Of a stretch of DNA of 64,000 nt, positions 19,162 through 29,137 are shown one piece after another (position 1 is the first letter of the stretch; each line of letters begins with the position of its first letter). The stretch covers positions 1 through 64,000 of the forward strand of contig JABCTZ010000036.1 in the NCBI GenBank assembly GCA_018238155.1, written 5' to 3'. A program made the translations under genes and the position numbers. Source of the DNA: Candidatus Heimdallarchaeota archaeon. GTDB taxonomy: Archaea; Asgardarchaeota; Heimdallarchaeia; JABLTI01. Under the pieces are notes generated by a model. The model was given only the letters and a program-made list of their open reading frames with translations. It did no database searches and was not told the DNA's origin.

Positions 19162-20811
19162 ATGAAGAGCATTATTATATTAACAATGTCGCGGTGGAGA
19201 GCAATGAAGAAAAAGTTGGAAGGTTATTTGGTAGCTATTGGCGTGATAGTATTTTTTGCAATAATAAATTTTATGTTTATTAATATTGGAAGTGTCAATT
19301 TTGAACTTTCACCTTTACATGAACAAAATTCATTCTCAGAAAAAAATGGTTTTTTACAAATTCAAGAATTACCTGATTCATATATTAAAATTCTAACTTC
19401 AATTAATTTCATTTTGTTAATGATAATTTGTTTCCTTTGTTTAAGTGTACCAATCACTATATTGATTCATTTCATCATCCAAAAACGATTGAAAAACAAT
19501 GAAGAAAAATTTCCTTGGGTGAAAAAGGATTTCAAAATAAAAGATGAGCGTACGAAAGCTCTAGATTTCATACAAATGGATTCAATAAATTTGATTAAAT
19601 ATGGATTTTATATATTTTTACTACTTCCAGTGATTGAAGGAATCTTTATAGCAATAGCATTTCCTGCTCTTTCTCATTCCCTCTTTCCTGGGGATCCAAT
19701 TCCTTTTGGATATATCTTTTTCTTATTTCTTTTCGCAATCATTATATTTGTTTTTGAAATCATTGCAGGTTTACTTATTGGAATTGGATTCATCAAATTA
19801 TCTAAGGAAGATACACAAAAAAAGTACTTAGTTACCTTAGGAATTTTTTGGCTAATTTGGCTAATATTCAGTCCATTTTTAAAATTAACCTTGTTTATAG
19901 GCATCGCTATGGAATCTTTAACTGAGAATGGTCTAATTTCAAGCATTTATTTTTGGTTTAATAATCCAGCGATATCTTTTGCTTTTGTGATTTTGTTTGT
20001 TCTACGACTGATTATTACAAGTCTAGTTTTATATTTCTCTGCAATAATATTACAAGAGAAAGAATTGATAAAAACAAAGGGGTTGTTGGTTGCTTCTTCG
20101 ATAATAATTTGGTTTATTTCATCTGGAATACATATTCTTTCTCTAGTCTTTGACACAGTCCCTTTTAGAGAGGGTACTTTATTTTATGGTCTTCAAATGT
20201 TAGTTGGTAGTTTTTTCTTTGCTTATATGATCATTTCTCCAATGGTAGCAATTATTACAACAATATTTTTTGTTAAAGAGTTTAAAATAAAACAGAAAAA
20301 GGAGAAGGAAATTTTAATTCGTTCAAAACATGATATTTTATCATTATCAGATATTTTTACTAACAAGTCAATCTTTTTCCAAGATATTAGTTTAGTCAAA
20401 AAACTGAATTTTCTTTCACAGATTGAAAGCACAGAATTTAGTGAAGACATTCATAGAAATTTTACAAGTAGGTTAGATGGTCACATTTTTATTGTATTTA
20501 TGGATATTGAGAAAAGGTCTTTACCAAAATTCTTAGTAGATTTTGTAAAAATGAATAAAGTGTTATCTGAAATAAACACCTTGTTCTATACAAAAATCAG
20601 TAGTAAAAAACAACCCTTTCTATCAATTATTAAGTGGGAAGCATCAACTGATTTTGAATCAATAATTGAATTCAATTTTGATAAGCTTCCGTGTATCTTC
20701 ATTCTAGACAAACTCGGAAATGAGCTTGGTAAAATTGAAGGTAAATTAGAACATGAGCAAACTTTAGTTGAGGAGTTGATTTTCCATCTTGATGTTGGAT
20801 TATTTATTTAA
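19162..20811 (+). CDS. polytopic membrane protein (~8 TM) with a C-terminal thioredoxin-like domain lacking CxxC
   Basis: hydrophobic segments, then FNFDKLPCIFILDKLGNELGKIEG; paralog of the next gene. Confidence 0.65.
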   Translation: MKSIIILTMSRWRAMKKKLEGYLVAIGVIVFFAIINFMFINIGSVNFELSPLHEQNSFSEKNGFLQIQELPDSYIKILTSINFILLMIICFLCLSVPITILIHFIIQKRLKNNEEKFPWVKKDFKIKDERTKALDFIQMDSINLIKYGFYIFLLLPVIEGIFIAIAFPALSHSLFPGDPIPFGYIFFLFLFAIIIFVFEIIAGLLIGIGFIKLSKEDTQKKYLVTLGIFWLIWLIFSPFLKLTLFIGIAMESLTENGLISSIYFWFNNPAISFAFVILFVLRLIITSLVLYFSAIILQEKELIKTKGLLVASSIIIWFISSGIHILSLVFDTVPFREGTLFYGLQMLVGSFFFAYMIISPMVAIITTIFFVKEFKIKQKKEKEILIRSKHDILSLSDIFTNKSIFFQDISLVKKLNFLSQIESTEFSEDIHRNFTSRLDGHIFIVFMDIEKRSLPKFLVDFVKMNKVLSEINTLFYTKISSKKQPFLSIIKWEASTDFESIIEFNFDKLPCIFILDKLGNELGKIEGKLEHEQTLVEELIFHLDVGLFI

Positions 20812-22249
20812 TTATTACAGAAGTACATTTAATAACAGCTCAATTTGCAAGCTTCCACAAATAAACTATTTCCTTAATTGTGAGTGTGAATCTTTTAGCT
20901 GGTTTTGGATTTGTTTTACTATATTCTTTATCACATTAGGATTAATGATATTTGTAATTACAAAAAAGATTAAGGAATCCAAAAGAGTTTCGAAAATGAA
21001 ATTCACTGAAGCCAAAGTAGAACAAATGGAAAACGAAAAATCCTTGTCAATCTTAGAGAATAATAGCTTATATTTACTCCGTACAGGATTTTTAGTGTTA
21101 TTTATTCAGAATGTTATCTTGTCAATAGTCTTTTTTTCTAGCGGACTTTTGACTATTGTAATCGTTTATGAAACTCTAGAAATAATTGTTTTTTGTTTGG
21201 CTCATCTAGATATAATTACAGCAATATTGCTATCTATATCGTTTAAATTAACCAAAAAATCTTTTAAAAACACAAAATATAATTCAATATGCTCGATTTT
21301 GTGGATTTGTTGGATTATTACAGCAATGTCCTATAGGTTACTTATGTTTCATCAACTTAATTTTGTTGAATATCATCCACCTCTTAATGTAAGAATTACA
21401 TATTATGCAGTAAGAGCAGTATTATTTGCTTTAAGCAGTTCAGTATTTTGTTTTGCTGTTTTCTTCTCTGCAATATCCTTATCGGAGAATTATTTGCTAA
21501 ATCATAAATGGTTATTTGTTGGGTTTGGATTACTAAACTTGATAGCAACTTATGTTTACGTTTTGTCAAATTTAATACCAATAGGTGAACAAGGTGAATC
21601 CATAAATGATTTTTGCAGGATTTTCAGCGAAATAGGTGATTATATGTTTTACCTAAAATTACTGGGGGTCCCAATAATTGGGACAATATCACTGTTTTTT
21701 GTTTTAAGAGAAATAAAAGAATCAATAAAAAATGCTAGAGAACATTTTACTAGAAAAGATCATTCGTCGTCAAAATTATTTAATGAAAGTTTGAAAATCA
21801 AAGAATATAGAGAGCGTTTAGACTATCAATTGGATAAGGAAATTGAACAAGAATTGCAAGAACATAAGCTTGATTTGGAGGCGTTGGAAGTATTTAACTC
21901 TAAAGCAACTAATTCTTCATTTGTTTTATTTGTTCCAAGAAATATCAAGAAAATAAATAGATTGATGATTGAATATCTACAAATAGCACAAGCTAATCCT
22001 AAAATTAAGATGCTAATTTACAATAAATTGGAAGAACAAAGGCACAAAAAATTGCATAACATCCATTGGAAACCTGAAGGAGCAATAGAAGAATTACTTG
22101 AATTTAATTTCAATGAACTTCCAGCTATTTTTATAATTGACAAAACCTTATGCGAAATTGGTAAAATTGAAGGAAATCTTCCCAAAAAAGTAACGTTGTT
22201 AGATGGATTGATTTATTATTTGGATGTTGGTGGATTTATAGAAACTTAA
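20789..22249 (+). CDS. polytopic membrane protein (~7 TM) with a C-terminal thioredoxin-like domain lacking CxxC
   Basis: IAQANPKIKMLI...FNFNELPAIFIIDKTLCEIGKIEG; shares the LDVG C-terminus with the upstream gene; start uncertain. Confidence 0.65.
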   Translation: MMLDYLFNYYRSTFNNSSICKLPQINYFLNCECESFSWFWICFTIFFITLGLMIFVITKKIKESKRVSKMKFTEAKVEQMENEKSLSILENNSLYLLRTGFLVLFIQNVILSIVFFSSGLLTIVIVYETLEIIVFCLAHLDIITAILLSISFKLTKKSFKNTKYNSICSILWICWIITAMSYRLLMFHQLNFVEYHPPLNVRITYYAVRAVLFALSSSVFCFAVFFSAISLSENYLLNHKWLFVGFGLLNLIATYVYVLSNLIPIGEQGESINDFCRIFSEIGDYMFYLKLLGVPIIGTISLFFVLREIKESIKNAREHFTRKDHSSSKLFNESLKIKEYRERLDYQLDKEIEQELQEHKLDLEALEVFNSKATNSSFVLFVPRNIKKINRLMIEYLQIAQANPKIKMLIYNKLEEQRHKKLHNIHWKPEGAIEELLEFNFNELPAIFIIDKTLCEIGKIEGNLPKKVTLLDGLIYYLDVGGFIET

Positions 22250-22288
22250 CTAAAGGAAATTGGGAGGTATTTCTACCCTCTCTAGTCT

Positions 22289-23503
22289 TTAGAAGAAAGT
22301 TCTCAAACGTGTTTTTACTTTTGGAAATATTTCATTGAAAATTTCAATTTTATGATTGGCTATTTTTATTTTTCCAATTTCAATTAATTCGTTCAATGAT
22401 CTATACCCAACAAATAGTTGAGTGAAGGCTTTGATATCAGTTAGCATATCGATGTCTTTTGCATCTTTACGGATTACTGATGCTTTTCCTTGAGAAATCG
22501 ATATTTCCATTCTATCTGAATTCCAAGGAGCATATTCATCTTCAATCTGAATAGAGAAATTTGCTGCTAATTTTTCAGCAAACTCCAATGATTCAATTGC
22601 TTTCTCTATATCGACAACTCGAAACATAGGTCCACCAGAAACATGATATTTTATACCATCTTCCCAAAGATTATCAAAGAAATCAAGAGGATTCTCGTCA
22701 CCCATAAATTTGAAATCAAAGTCTTTGGTCTGATCTGTATGTTTCTTGATATAATCAAGAACAGTTAACCTAGCTTGCATGGTATCGACAAGAGCATCTC
22801 TGAATTCTAAACGAACATTCCAATCTCCAGGCATTTTCTTAAGGTTGGTGATAAAATAACCAACAGTTTCATCACTGTCCTGAATCACAAAAAGTTTGCT
22901 GTGTTTTTTGAGATTATGGAATTTCCACTCTTTAGGAGTATCAAAGAGAACAAGATTATATTTTTCCTTGCCTATTTTTTTACGAAAAGGCATAATGACA
23001 TCAAAAGAATCATCATGAGAAATTTCTTTCAGAGATAAAGGTTTGAAATTTTTTGGAAGCAAAATATTCCTGGGGTTAGCAATTACCCAGCTGAAATCTG
23101 CACAATTCTCATAACCATATCGTCGATAAAATGAATACTTGAATGGATACAGAACTGAAATGAATTCCTTATTTTTTCTCATAACCTTTAGCGATTTAAT
23201 CAATAAAGCTGTAACTTGTTTCTGCTTACGATATTGGGGATATGTAGCAACAGCTGCAATTCCACCCATTTTTAGCAAATTACCTCGGACAAACATTTTG
23301 AAATGTTGTATGACATAAGTACTGACCAATTCATTATCCACAAAATAACCAAGACAATTATCCAAATCAAGTTGTGAAAAATAACTATTCCAATCTTCAT
23401 CATTAGTTCGTTCTCCTCCGCCAAAACAGTAGTCCCATAAATCTCTGAGGATGGGTTCATGTTCTTTTGATAAACATTTAATGGTCATTTTTATCTCTCT
23501 CAA
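22289..23503 (-). CDS. Eis-like GNAT acetyltransferase with SCP2-like C-terminus
   Basis: MGGIAAVATYPQYR, SVLYPFKYSFYRRYGYE, MFRVVDIEKA, APWN. Confidence 0.88.
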   Translation of the reverse strand: MREIKMTIKCLSKEHEPILRDLWDYCFGGGERTNDEDWNSYFSQLDLDNCLGYFVDNELVSTYVIQHFKMFVRGNLLKMGGIAAVATYPQYRKQKQVTALLIKSLKVMRKNKEFISVLYPFKYSFYRRYGYENCADFSWVIANPRNILLPKNFKPLSLKEISHDDSFDVIMPFRKKIGKEKYNLVLFDTPKEWKFHNLKKHSKLFVIQDSDETVGYFITNLKKMPGDWNVRLEFRDALVDTMQARLTVLDYIKKHTDQTKDFDFKFMGDENPLDFFDNLWEDGIKYHVSGGPMFRVVDIEKAIESLEFAEKLAANFSIQIEDEYAPWNSDRMEISISQGKASVIRKDAKDIDMLTDIKAFTQLFVGYRSLNELIEIGKIKIANHKIEIFNEIFPKVKTRLRTFF

Positions 23504-23734
23504 AAATATTCATTTTAATAATAAATAAAAACATCTATTTTCACTTATCTATAAGTAAGTAATCACCAGAATAACAAATAAAAGTCAATTTTAGGATCCT
23601 CATCGAACTATTGAAGATGATAAATACAAAGTGGCCGTTTTCTAAATGCCTGAAAAAAGATTATAATGAGTTGGTTGAATATAATTGAATAGATATTTAA
23701 ATAACTTTAATCCATATTAATTCGGGGAAAATAT

Positions 23735-23965
23735 ATGGCATCCACATACATTTACATTTTACTTAGCATCCTAGCTGTTGTTTTTGCTTTTCTTGTATAT
23801 GGTTCAGTTTATTTGCTTCTAAAACGTTTTCGAAGGGAAATGAAAGGAGACACTTATTTAATGCCGACTGACACTAGACCCAAAGAAGAATTACCTGTAG
23901 AACTTCGAGGAGAGCGAGATTATCGTTATAAGGATGCTCAAGTAGATCCTTATAAAAAGGAGTAA
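23735..23965 (+). CDS. small single-TM hypothetical protein
   Basis: 76 aa, N-terminal TM followed by KRFRR, normal codon usage. Confidence 0.6.
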   Translation: MASTYIYILLSILAVVFAFLVYGSVYLLLKRFRREMKGDTYLMPTDTRPKEELPVELRGERDYRYKDAQVDPYKKE

Positions 23966-24083
23966 TCAATTTTTTTAGATATTAAACTTGAATAATTATG
24001 TAAGAGTGGTTCAGTTTAGTATTTTCTTATTAGATAGTAATCTTTTTAATTGACTGTTTTTCAACTAAACATATTATCAGAAA

Positions 24084-24160
24084 GCCGTCGTAGCACAGCC
24101 TGGTAGTGCGACTCCTTGGTAAGGAGTAGGTCGTGAGTTCAAGTCTCATCGACGGCTCCA
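24084..24160 (+). tRNA. tRNA-Thr(GGT); CCA encoded
   Basis: GCCGTCG/CGACGGC acceptor, ACTCC-TT-GGT-AA-GGAGT anticodon arm, TTCAAGT T-loop, U73. Confidence 0.95.
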
Positions 24161-24175
24161 TTTCTCTCTTTTGAT

Positions 24176-24502
24176 TTAATCTCCAATACTTTTGAGTTTT
24201 AGTGGTTCGAATAATATGACATATGAATCTTTTTCACTTCTTGGTCTGTGTTGTGTTCCTTTTGGCACTACAAATAATTCCCCCTCTTTCAACACTGCAC
24301 TCTTTTGGTTTTCTATTTGAATTTCTATCTTTCCTTTATAGACGTAAAATAGTTCATCTTCTTGATGTTTGTGCCAATGATATTCTCCGGAAAAAAGGGC
24401 TAATCTTATGACATTATTATTTACTGTAACAATATCTATTGGTTGCCAAGGTTTCCCCTTTAACTCCTTTATTTTCTCAGAAATGTTTGTTGGAATATTC
24501 AT
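24176..24502 (-). CDS. cupin domain protein
   Basis: GEYHWHKHQEDELFYV and VVPKGTQHRP cupin motifs; start placed at MNIPTN. Confidence 0.85.
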   Translation of the reverse strand: MNIPTNISEKIKELKGKPWQPIDIVTVNNNVIRLALFSGEYHWHKHQEDELFYVYKGKIEIQIENQKSAVLKEGELFVVPKGTQHRPRSEKDSYVILFEPLKLKSIGD

Positions 24503-24639
24503 AGGATACTTATTCTTTCTGTGAATATATTTTCTTTCCAAAAATTGGTTCACTGAAAGTAGTGCGAATGCTCTCATATAGGGGGTTTTTATTCATTGTT
24601 AGTAATTTTTCATTACCTATCTGTGAGGGGTAAAATTTC

Positions 24640-25617
24640 TTGGTTCAAAAATTAAACAATAATCGAATTGAATTGATAAGCACTGGCGAAGATTTTCGTA
24701 ATGCAACCAAATCAATTGATGCTACTAATTATTCAGCTATTTTCCACGCGTACAAACAAAAGACCATTGCTGAATTGTTTGAAATTATCTCTCTCAATAA
24801 AATTAGGAATTATCGTTTAATTGCTGTTTATCTACTTGGCAAATTAGATGTGGCGAATCAAGAGGTAATTGATTTTTTACGTAATTTAGTTACATATGAG
24901 AATATCGATATTCGAAAAGAAGCTATTTGGTCTTTAGCTCGGTTGGGCGATAAGAATATTCTCCCAAAATTAATTAACATCTTAAAAACCGGTGCTACTG
25001 ATCTGGAAAAAAGTATTACTGCTAAATTAATTGGTAAAATAGGAAATGAGCATGTTATTTTGCCTTTGCTTAAATTATTGATTGAATCCGCTCCTTTATC
25101 CAGTCTTAGTGCCGGAATTGCTCTTCATCATTTGATAAATTGTATTGGTTATGAAGCAATTACTAAATATCTACGTCACCCTGAGCTAAAGATTAGGACA
25201 CAAGTGATCTGGTTTCTTTGTTCAAAAACAATGTTTTCCAATCAGCAAGAGGAGAAAAGGATTCTTATTATTCAGTTGAAAAAAGCGCTCCAATCGGAAA
25301 ATAATTGCAATGTAAAACTTGTTCTTGCTTATGCCCTCTCAACTTTAAATGTAATTGAGGGTGCAAAAGAATTGCTCTGTTTTTGCTTATCTAATAAAAT
25401 AAAGAAAGAACGTCAAAATTTCTTTTGGGAAGAAATTACTCGTTTCTATATTTACTCACAAAAGCAAGCATCTCTTGAACTAACGAGCAAATTAAATAAT
25501 GCCCTTTCAGGGAACGATCAAATACTCTCTCATACAAATAAAGCAATTTTTTCCCTTCTCAAAAAATTAGAAGATACTATCAGTAATCTAGATAAAATCT
25601 TTGATTTACCTCAATAG
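24640..25617 (+). CDS. HEAT-repeat (PBS-lyase-like) protein
   Basis: IRKEAIWSLARLGD and AKLIGKIGNEHVILPLLKLL repeats. Confidence 0.75.
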   Translation: MVQKLNNNRIELISTGEDFRNATKSIDATNYSAIFHAYKQKTIAELFEIISLNKIRNYRLIAVYLLGKLDVANQEVIDFLRNLVTYENIDIRKEAIWSLARLGDKNILPKLINILKTGATDLEKSITAKLIGKIGNEHVILPLLKLLIESAPLSSLSAGIALHHLINCIGYEAITKYLRHPELKIRTQVIWFLCSKTMFSNQQEEKRILIIQLKKALQSENNCNVKLVLAYALSTLNVIEGAKELLCFCLSNKIKKERQNFFWEEITRFYIYSQKQASLELTSKLNNALSGNDQILSHTNKAIFSLLKKLEDTISNLDKIFDLPQ

Positions 25618-25768
25618 CTTTGTTTTTTCTTATTCCCCGTACATGGGATAATGACTAATTACAATCAAAAAACAACAAACCTTCGAATTAACATAATAAT
25701 GTTAATTTCCTCCCTCTTTTATTGATGAATTTCCCCTTAGATTAACATATCTGTGATATGTATACGTA

Positions 25769-25776
25769 TTTATATA
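25769..25776 (+). promoter_or_regulatory. TATA-box-like element upstream of the ncRNA candidate
   Basis: TTTATATA about 21-28 nt upstream of the 5' end of the closing stem. Confidence 0.45.
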
Positions 25777-25796
25777 TAGATACCCAATAATAGGTT

Positions 25797-25952
25797 GGCG
25801 ATTAGAAAGCTAATGTATTCACAACAAACCTAAAGGTCTAGTAGTCGGTTTGGTTGGGGGTGCACTTGAAAAAGACGATAAGAAAATAGTCTTGTTTCCG
25901 AACCCGAGGGAACAAGATGACATTCGGAATTGTCGACTAATCGCCCTTTTTT
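25797..25952 (+). ncRNA. candidate structured ncRNA of unknown family (~150 nt)
   Basis: closing stem GGCGATTAG/CTAATCGCC, long internal stems with G-U pairs on the + strand, T6 tract immediately 3'. Confidence 0.65.
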
Positions 25953-25972
25953 CGTTTTGGTGAATAAAAAAT

Positions 25973-26830
25973 CTATTCTTCTAATTCTTTACCGATACTA
26001 ATAATTTTTTCTATAATACGCACTGTCTCGAGTGTTTCTTTGACATCATGCGTTCTGATAATATTTGCTCCATGAAGTACCGCTATACTTGTTGCTCCTA
26101 ATGATCCGAACAATCTTTCTTTTGGATCTTTAATGTCTAAAATGTGCCCAATAAATGATTTTCTTGATAATCCAATACAAATTGGTTGATTGAATGCTTT
26201 AATCATTTGTTGAATATTCATCAATAGATGAGCATCTATTTTATACCATTTAAAGTCATCAATACGATGAAACCCGATATCTGGATCGATAATTATCTTA
26301 TTTGGATTGATTCCTGCTTCTTCTGCTTTTTTCAACGAACCTTTCAAAGCTTCAATTACTCGTTCTGTTGGATTTCCTTTGAATCTATTTATGTTCCATG
26401 CACCAATTATTACTGGCACATCTAAATCTGCAGTGATCTTCGCCATTTTTTGATCTTCATTGAATCCGCTTATGTCATTGATCATTTTTGCACCTGATTC
26501 TATCGCTGCTTTAGCAACCACACTACTGGTTGAATCAATAGAAATGGGTTTCTTGATTTCATCAATGATAATATTGATTCCTTGTAAAGCTCTCTTTGTT
26601 TCCTCTTCTGTTGAAATTTGTGTTTCTAAATATGGTGCAGTGCTTTTAGCCCCAATATCAATTATTGTTGCTCCTGCTTTTACTTGCTGTAAGGCTGTTT
26701 GCAGTATTTTTCCCGGACCTGTTTTTACAGAGCTTTTGTAAAACGACTCCGGACTTAAGTTAATTACTCCTTGGATTTGCACAGGTTCATTCACACCGAT
26801 TTCCATTCCAGCAAGATTCACAATATTCAT
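25973..26830 (-). CDS. folP: dihydropteroate synthase
   Basis: GVINLSPESF, IIDIGAKST, ISIDS, INDISG, IIIDPDIGF, GLSRKSFIG, IIRTHDV. Confidence 0.92.
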   Translation of the reverse strand: MNIVNLAGMEIGVNEPVQIQGVINLSPESFYKSSVKTGPGKILQTALQQVKAGATIIDIGAKSTAPYLETQISTEEETKRALQGINIIIDEIKKPISIDSTSSVVAKAAIESGAKMINDISGFNEDQKMAKITADLDVPVIIGAWNINRFKGNPTERVIEALKGSLKKAEEAGINPNKIIIDPDIGFHRIDDFKWYKIDAHLLMNIQQMIKAFNQPICIGLSRKSFIGHILDIKDPKERLFGSLGATSIAVLHGANIIRTHDVKETLETVRIIEKIISIGKELEE

Positions 26831-26917
26831 AGTTATACACCATTTATATATTAGAAGCAAGTAGCAATTATTAAATGCGTTTTAAAAACTATTTGCATTA
26901 TTATTTGTTAAATTAAA

Positions 26918-28969
26918 TTGGTGACGAAATTGAGCAGACGCTTCGAGAAACTAAAAAATAAGTTCCCTTATTACAATGATGTTTTTGATACTGAAGAGCG
27001 AATAGATTTGATAATGAGGGAATTAAAATTATTTGATAAATTCAGATTGTTATCTGGAAGACGTTTTTCTCGTTGGTTCTCCAAACCAATTCTGCGTTTA
27101 AGAATCCCTTCTTTTGGGATGACCGATGGATCAAATGGTGTTGCGTTCCATTCAAGTTTTAGAAAGAATACCAAATTTCCTAATAGTAAATGTTTGTCCT
27201 CAACGTGGAATCGCGAACTAGCTAAAGAATATGGTATAGCGATAGCTAAAGAAGTACGAGCTTCAAAACGTCATGTATTATTGGCTCCGGGAATTAATAT
27301 TGATCGCACTCCCATGAATGGTCGTACATTTGAATATTTTAGTGAGGATCCCTATTTAACTCGTGAAATCGGAAGCCCTTTTGTGGAAGGCATTCAAAGT
27401 CAAAGAATAGGTGCTTGTTTGAAGCATTTTGTTGCGAATAATCAAGAAACAAATCGCTTTAGCATAAATTCACAAGTAGATGAAAGAGCTTTACAAGAGA
27501 TCTATTTACGAGGATTTAGAGATATTGTTCTCCGCTCTAATCCTTGGCTTATAATGGGAAGTTACAATAAAATAAATGGTGTTCGTGGTTGTGCACATAA
27601 AGCATTACTTCGAGATACTCTAATGAATAAATGGGGATACAATGGCTGTGTTATAACCGATTGGTTTGCAACTAGAGGTATTACTCAACCTGAGGACTGT
27701 ATTAAAGCGGGTTTATCTTTGGAAATGCCAAAACCTATCACCTATAAAACGAATCAACTTCGAAAAGCATACAAACAGGGTAAATTTACAATGGAGGAAC
27801 TAGATGATTTAGTTCGTAGGCTTTTACGAGTTATGTTTTATGTTGGACTTTTTGATGATCCTGAGTCTATTCCCCCCGGTGAGCGAAATACTCCTAAAAT
27901 TCAGCGAGTAGCTAGGAGAATTGCAGAAGAAGGGATAATCTTACTGAAAAACGAAAATGATATCCTACCACTTGATATAGATAGAGTCAAAACTATTGCT
28001 ATTCTTGGTCCAAACAAGAATAAGAGATTTGGTAAATTACTATATGGTGGAAGTGCTGCGGTTATTTCACCTTATGAAATAACTCCTGAGGTGGGCTTAA
28101 AGAAAAAATTAGAAGGTAAAGTGGAATTTACTGAGGATCGGATGATTGCTGATTATTGTATTGTTTTCGTAGGACTGGATCATAGCAGAGGCAAGGATTG
28201 CGAAGGTATTGATAGAAATAATTTTGAACTCCCCAAAGACCAGATAAAGCTGATAAAAGAAACAGTGAATATAAATCCAAATACTATTGTTGTTTTGCTG
28301 AATGGTAGTCCCGTACCAATGATACAATGGATTGACAATATTCCTGCTATTGTTGAAGCATGGTATCCAGGAATGGAGGGTGGTTTAGCAATTGCGGATG
28401 TACTTTTTGGTGATATAAATCCATCTGGAAAGTTACCAATAACCTTTCCAAAAGAATTGACTGATTCACCTGCTCATAAATCTGTAAAAACCTTCCCTGG
28501 AGATGGTGAAAACGTTCGCTATGAAGAAGGATTATTTGTGGGCTATCGTTATTTTGATCAACAGCAAATAGAACCACAATTCCCATTTGGTTTTGGACTA
28601 TCTTACACAACTTTTGAATATAGCAACTTGAAATTAGCCAATAATTTAATTTCAAAAGGCAGACCAGTTTCAATCTCAATTGATATAACAAATACTGGTC
28701 AAAGAGCTGGTTCAGAAATAGTTCAACTTTATATCAGCGCGAATGAATCACCAATTATCAGACCACCTAAGGAATTAAAGAGTTTCACAAAGGCTCATCT
28801 CGAACCTGGTCAAACTAAAACGGTTGAATTGCAAGTTAGTTTGAGTGATCTTATCTATTATGATAGCAGAATTCACAACTGGACCTATGGTTTAGGTACA
28901 TACACTGTTCGGGTAGGTAGTTCTTCTCGAGATATTAAATTTGAGACCTTAGTTGCCTGTAAACCTTAG
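26918..28969 (+). CDS. GH3 beta-glucosidase with C-terminal FnIII-like domain
   Basis: LAPGINIDRTPMNGRTFEYFSEDP, CLKHF, VITDW nucleophile, YEEGLFVGYRYF. Confidence 0.93.
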   Translation: MVTKLSRRFEKLKNKFPYYNDVFDTEERIDLIMRELKLFDKFRLLSGRRFSRWFSKPILRLRIPSFGMTDGSNGVAFHSSFRKNTKFPNSKCLSSTWNRELAKEYGIAIAKEVRASKRHVLLAPGINIDRTPMNGRTFEYFSEDPYLTREIGSPFVEGIQSQRIGACLKHFVANNQETNRFSINSQVDERALQEIYLRGFRDIVLRSNPWLIMGSYNKINGVRGCAHKALLRDTLMNKWGYNGCVITDWFATRGITQPEDCIKAGLSLEMPKPITYKTNQLRKAYKQGKFTMEELDDLVRRLLRVMFYVGLFDDPESIPPGERNTPKIQRVARRIAEEGIILLKNENDILPLDIDRVKTIAILGPNKNKRFGKLLYGGSAAVISPYEITPEVGLKKKLEGKVEFTEDRMIADYCIVFVGLDHSRGKDCEGIDRNNFELPKDQIKLIKETVNINPNTIVVLLNGSPVPMIQWIDNIPAIVEAWYPGMEGGLAIADVLFGDINPSGKLPITFPKELTDSPAHKSVKTFPGDGENVRYEEGLFVGYRYFDQQQIEPQFPFGFGLSYTTFEYSNLKLANNLISKGRPVSISIDITNTGQRAGSEIVQLYISANESPIIRPPKELKSFTKAHLEPGQTKTVELQVSLSDLIYYDSRIHNWTYGLGTYTVRVGSSSRDIKFETLVACKP

Positions 28970-29048
28970 AACGTCGTAATGAATTGAAAATTGCTGTCTA
29001 GTAAGAAATCTTATAAAATGGTAGTTCTCATTTTCAACTATTAACTAT

Positions 29049-29137
29049 GCCGAGGTAGTCAAGCTCGGACCACGACGCTGGTCTTGAAAACCAGTTCTCG
29101 CAAGGGAACGCGAGTTCAAATCTCGTCCTCGGCACCA
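29049..29137 (+). tRNA. tRNA-Ser(TGA); CCA encoded; discriminator A73
   Basis: GCCGAGG/CCTCGGC acceptor, CTGGT-CT-TGA-AA-ACCAG arm, long variable arm TTCTC-GCAA-GGGAA, TTCAAAT. Confidence 0.93.

Noticed and set aside
25797-25945. identification of the ncRNA as hammerhead, fluoride/THF/lysine riboswitch, SRP or RNase P
   Set aside because: Core consensus motifs are not present and it does not lie 5' of any gene on its strand
29049-29137. selenocysteine or opal-suppressor tRNA
   Set aside because: The anticodon is TGA (reads UCA, Ser), not TCA; the acceptor stem is the normal 7 bp
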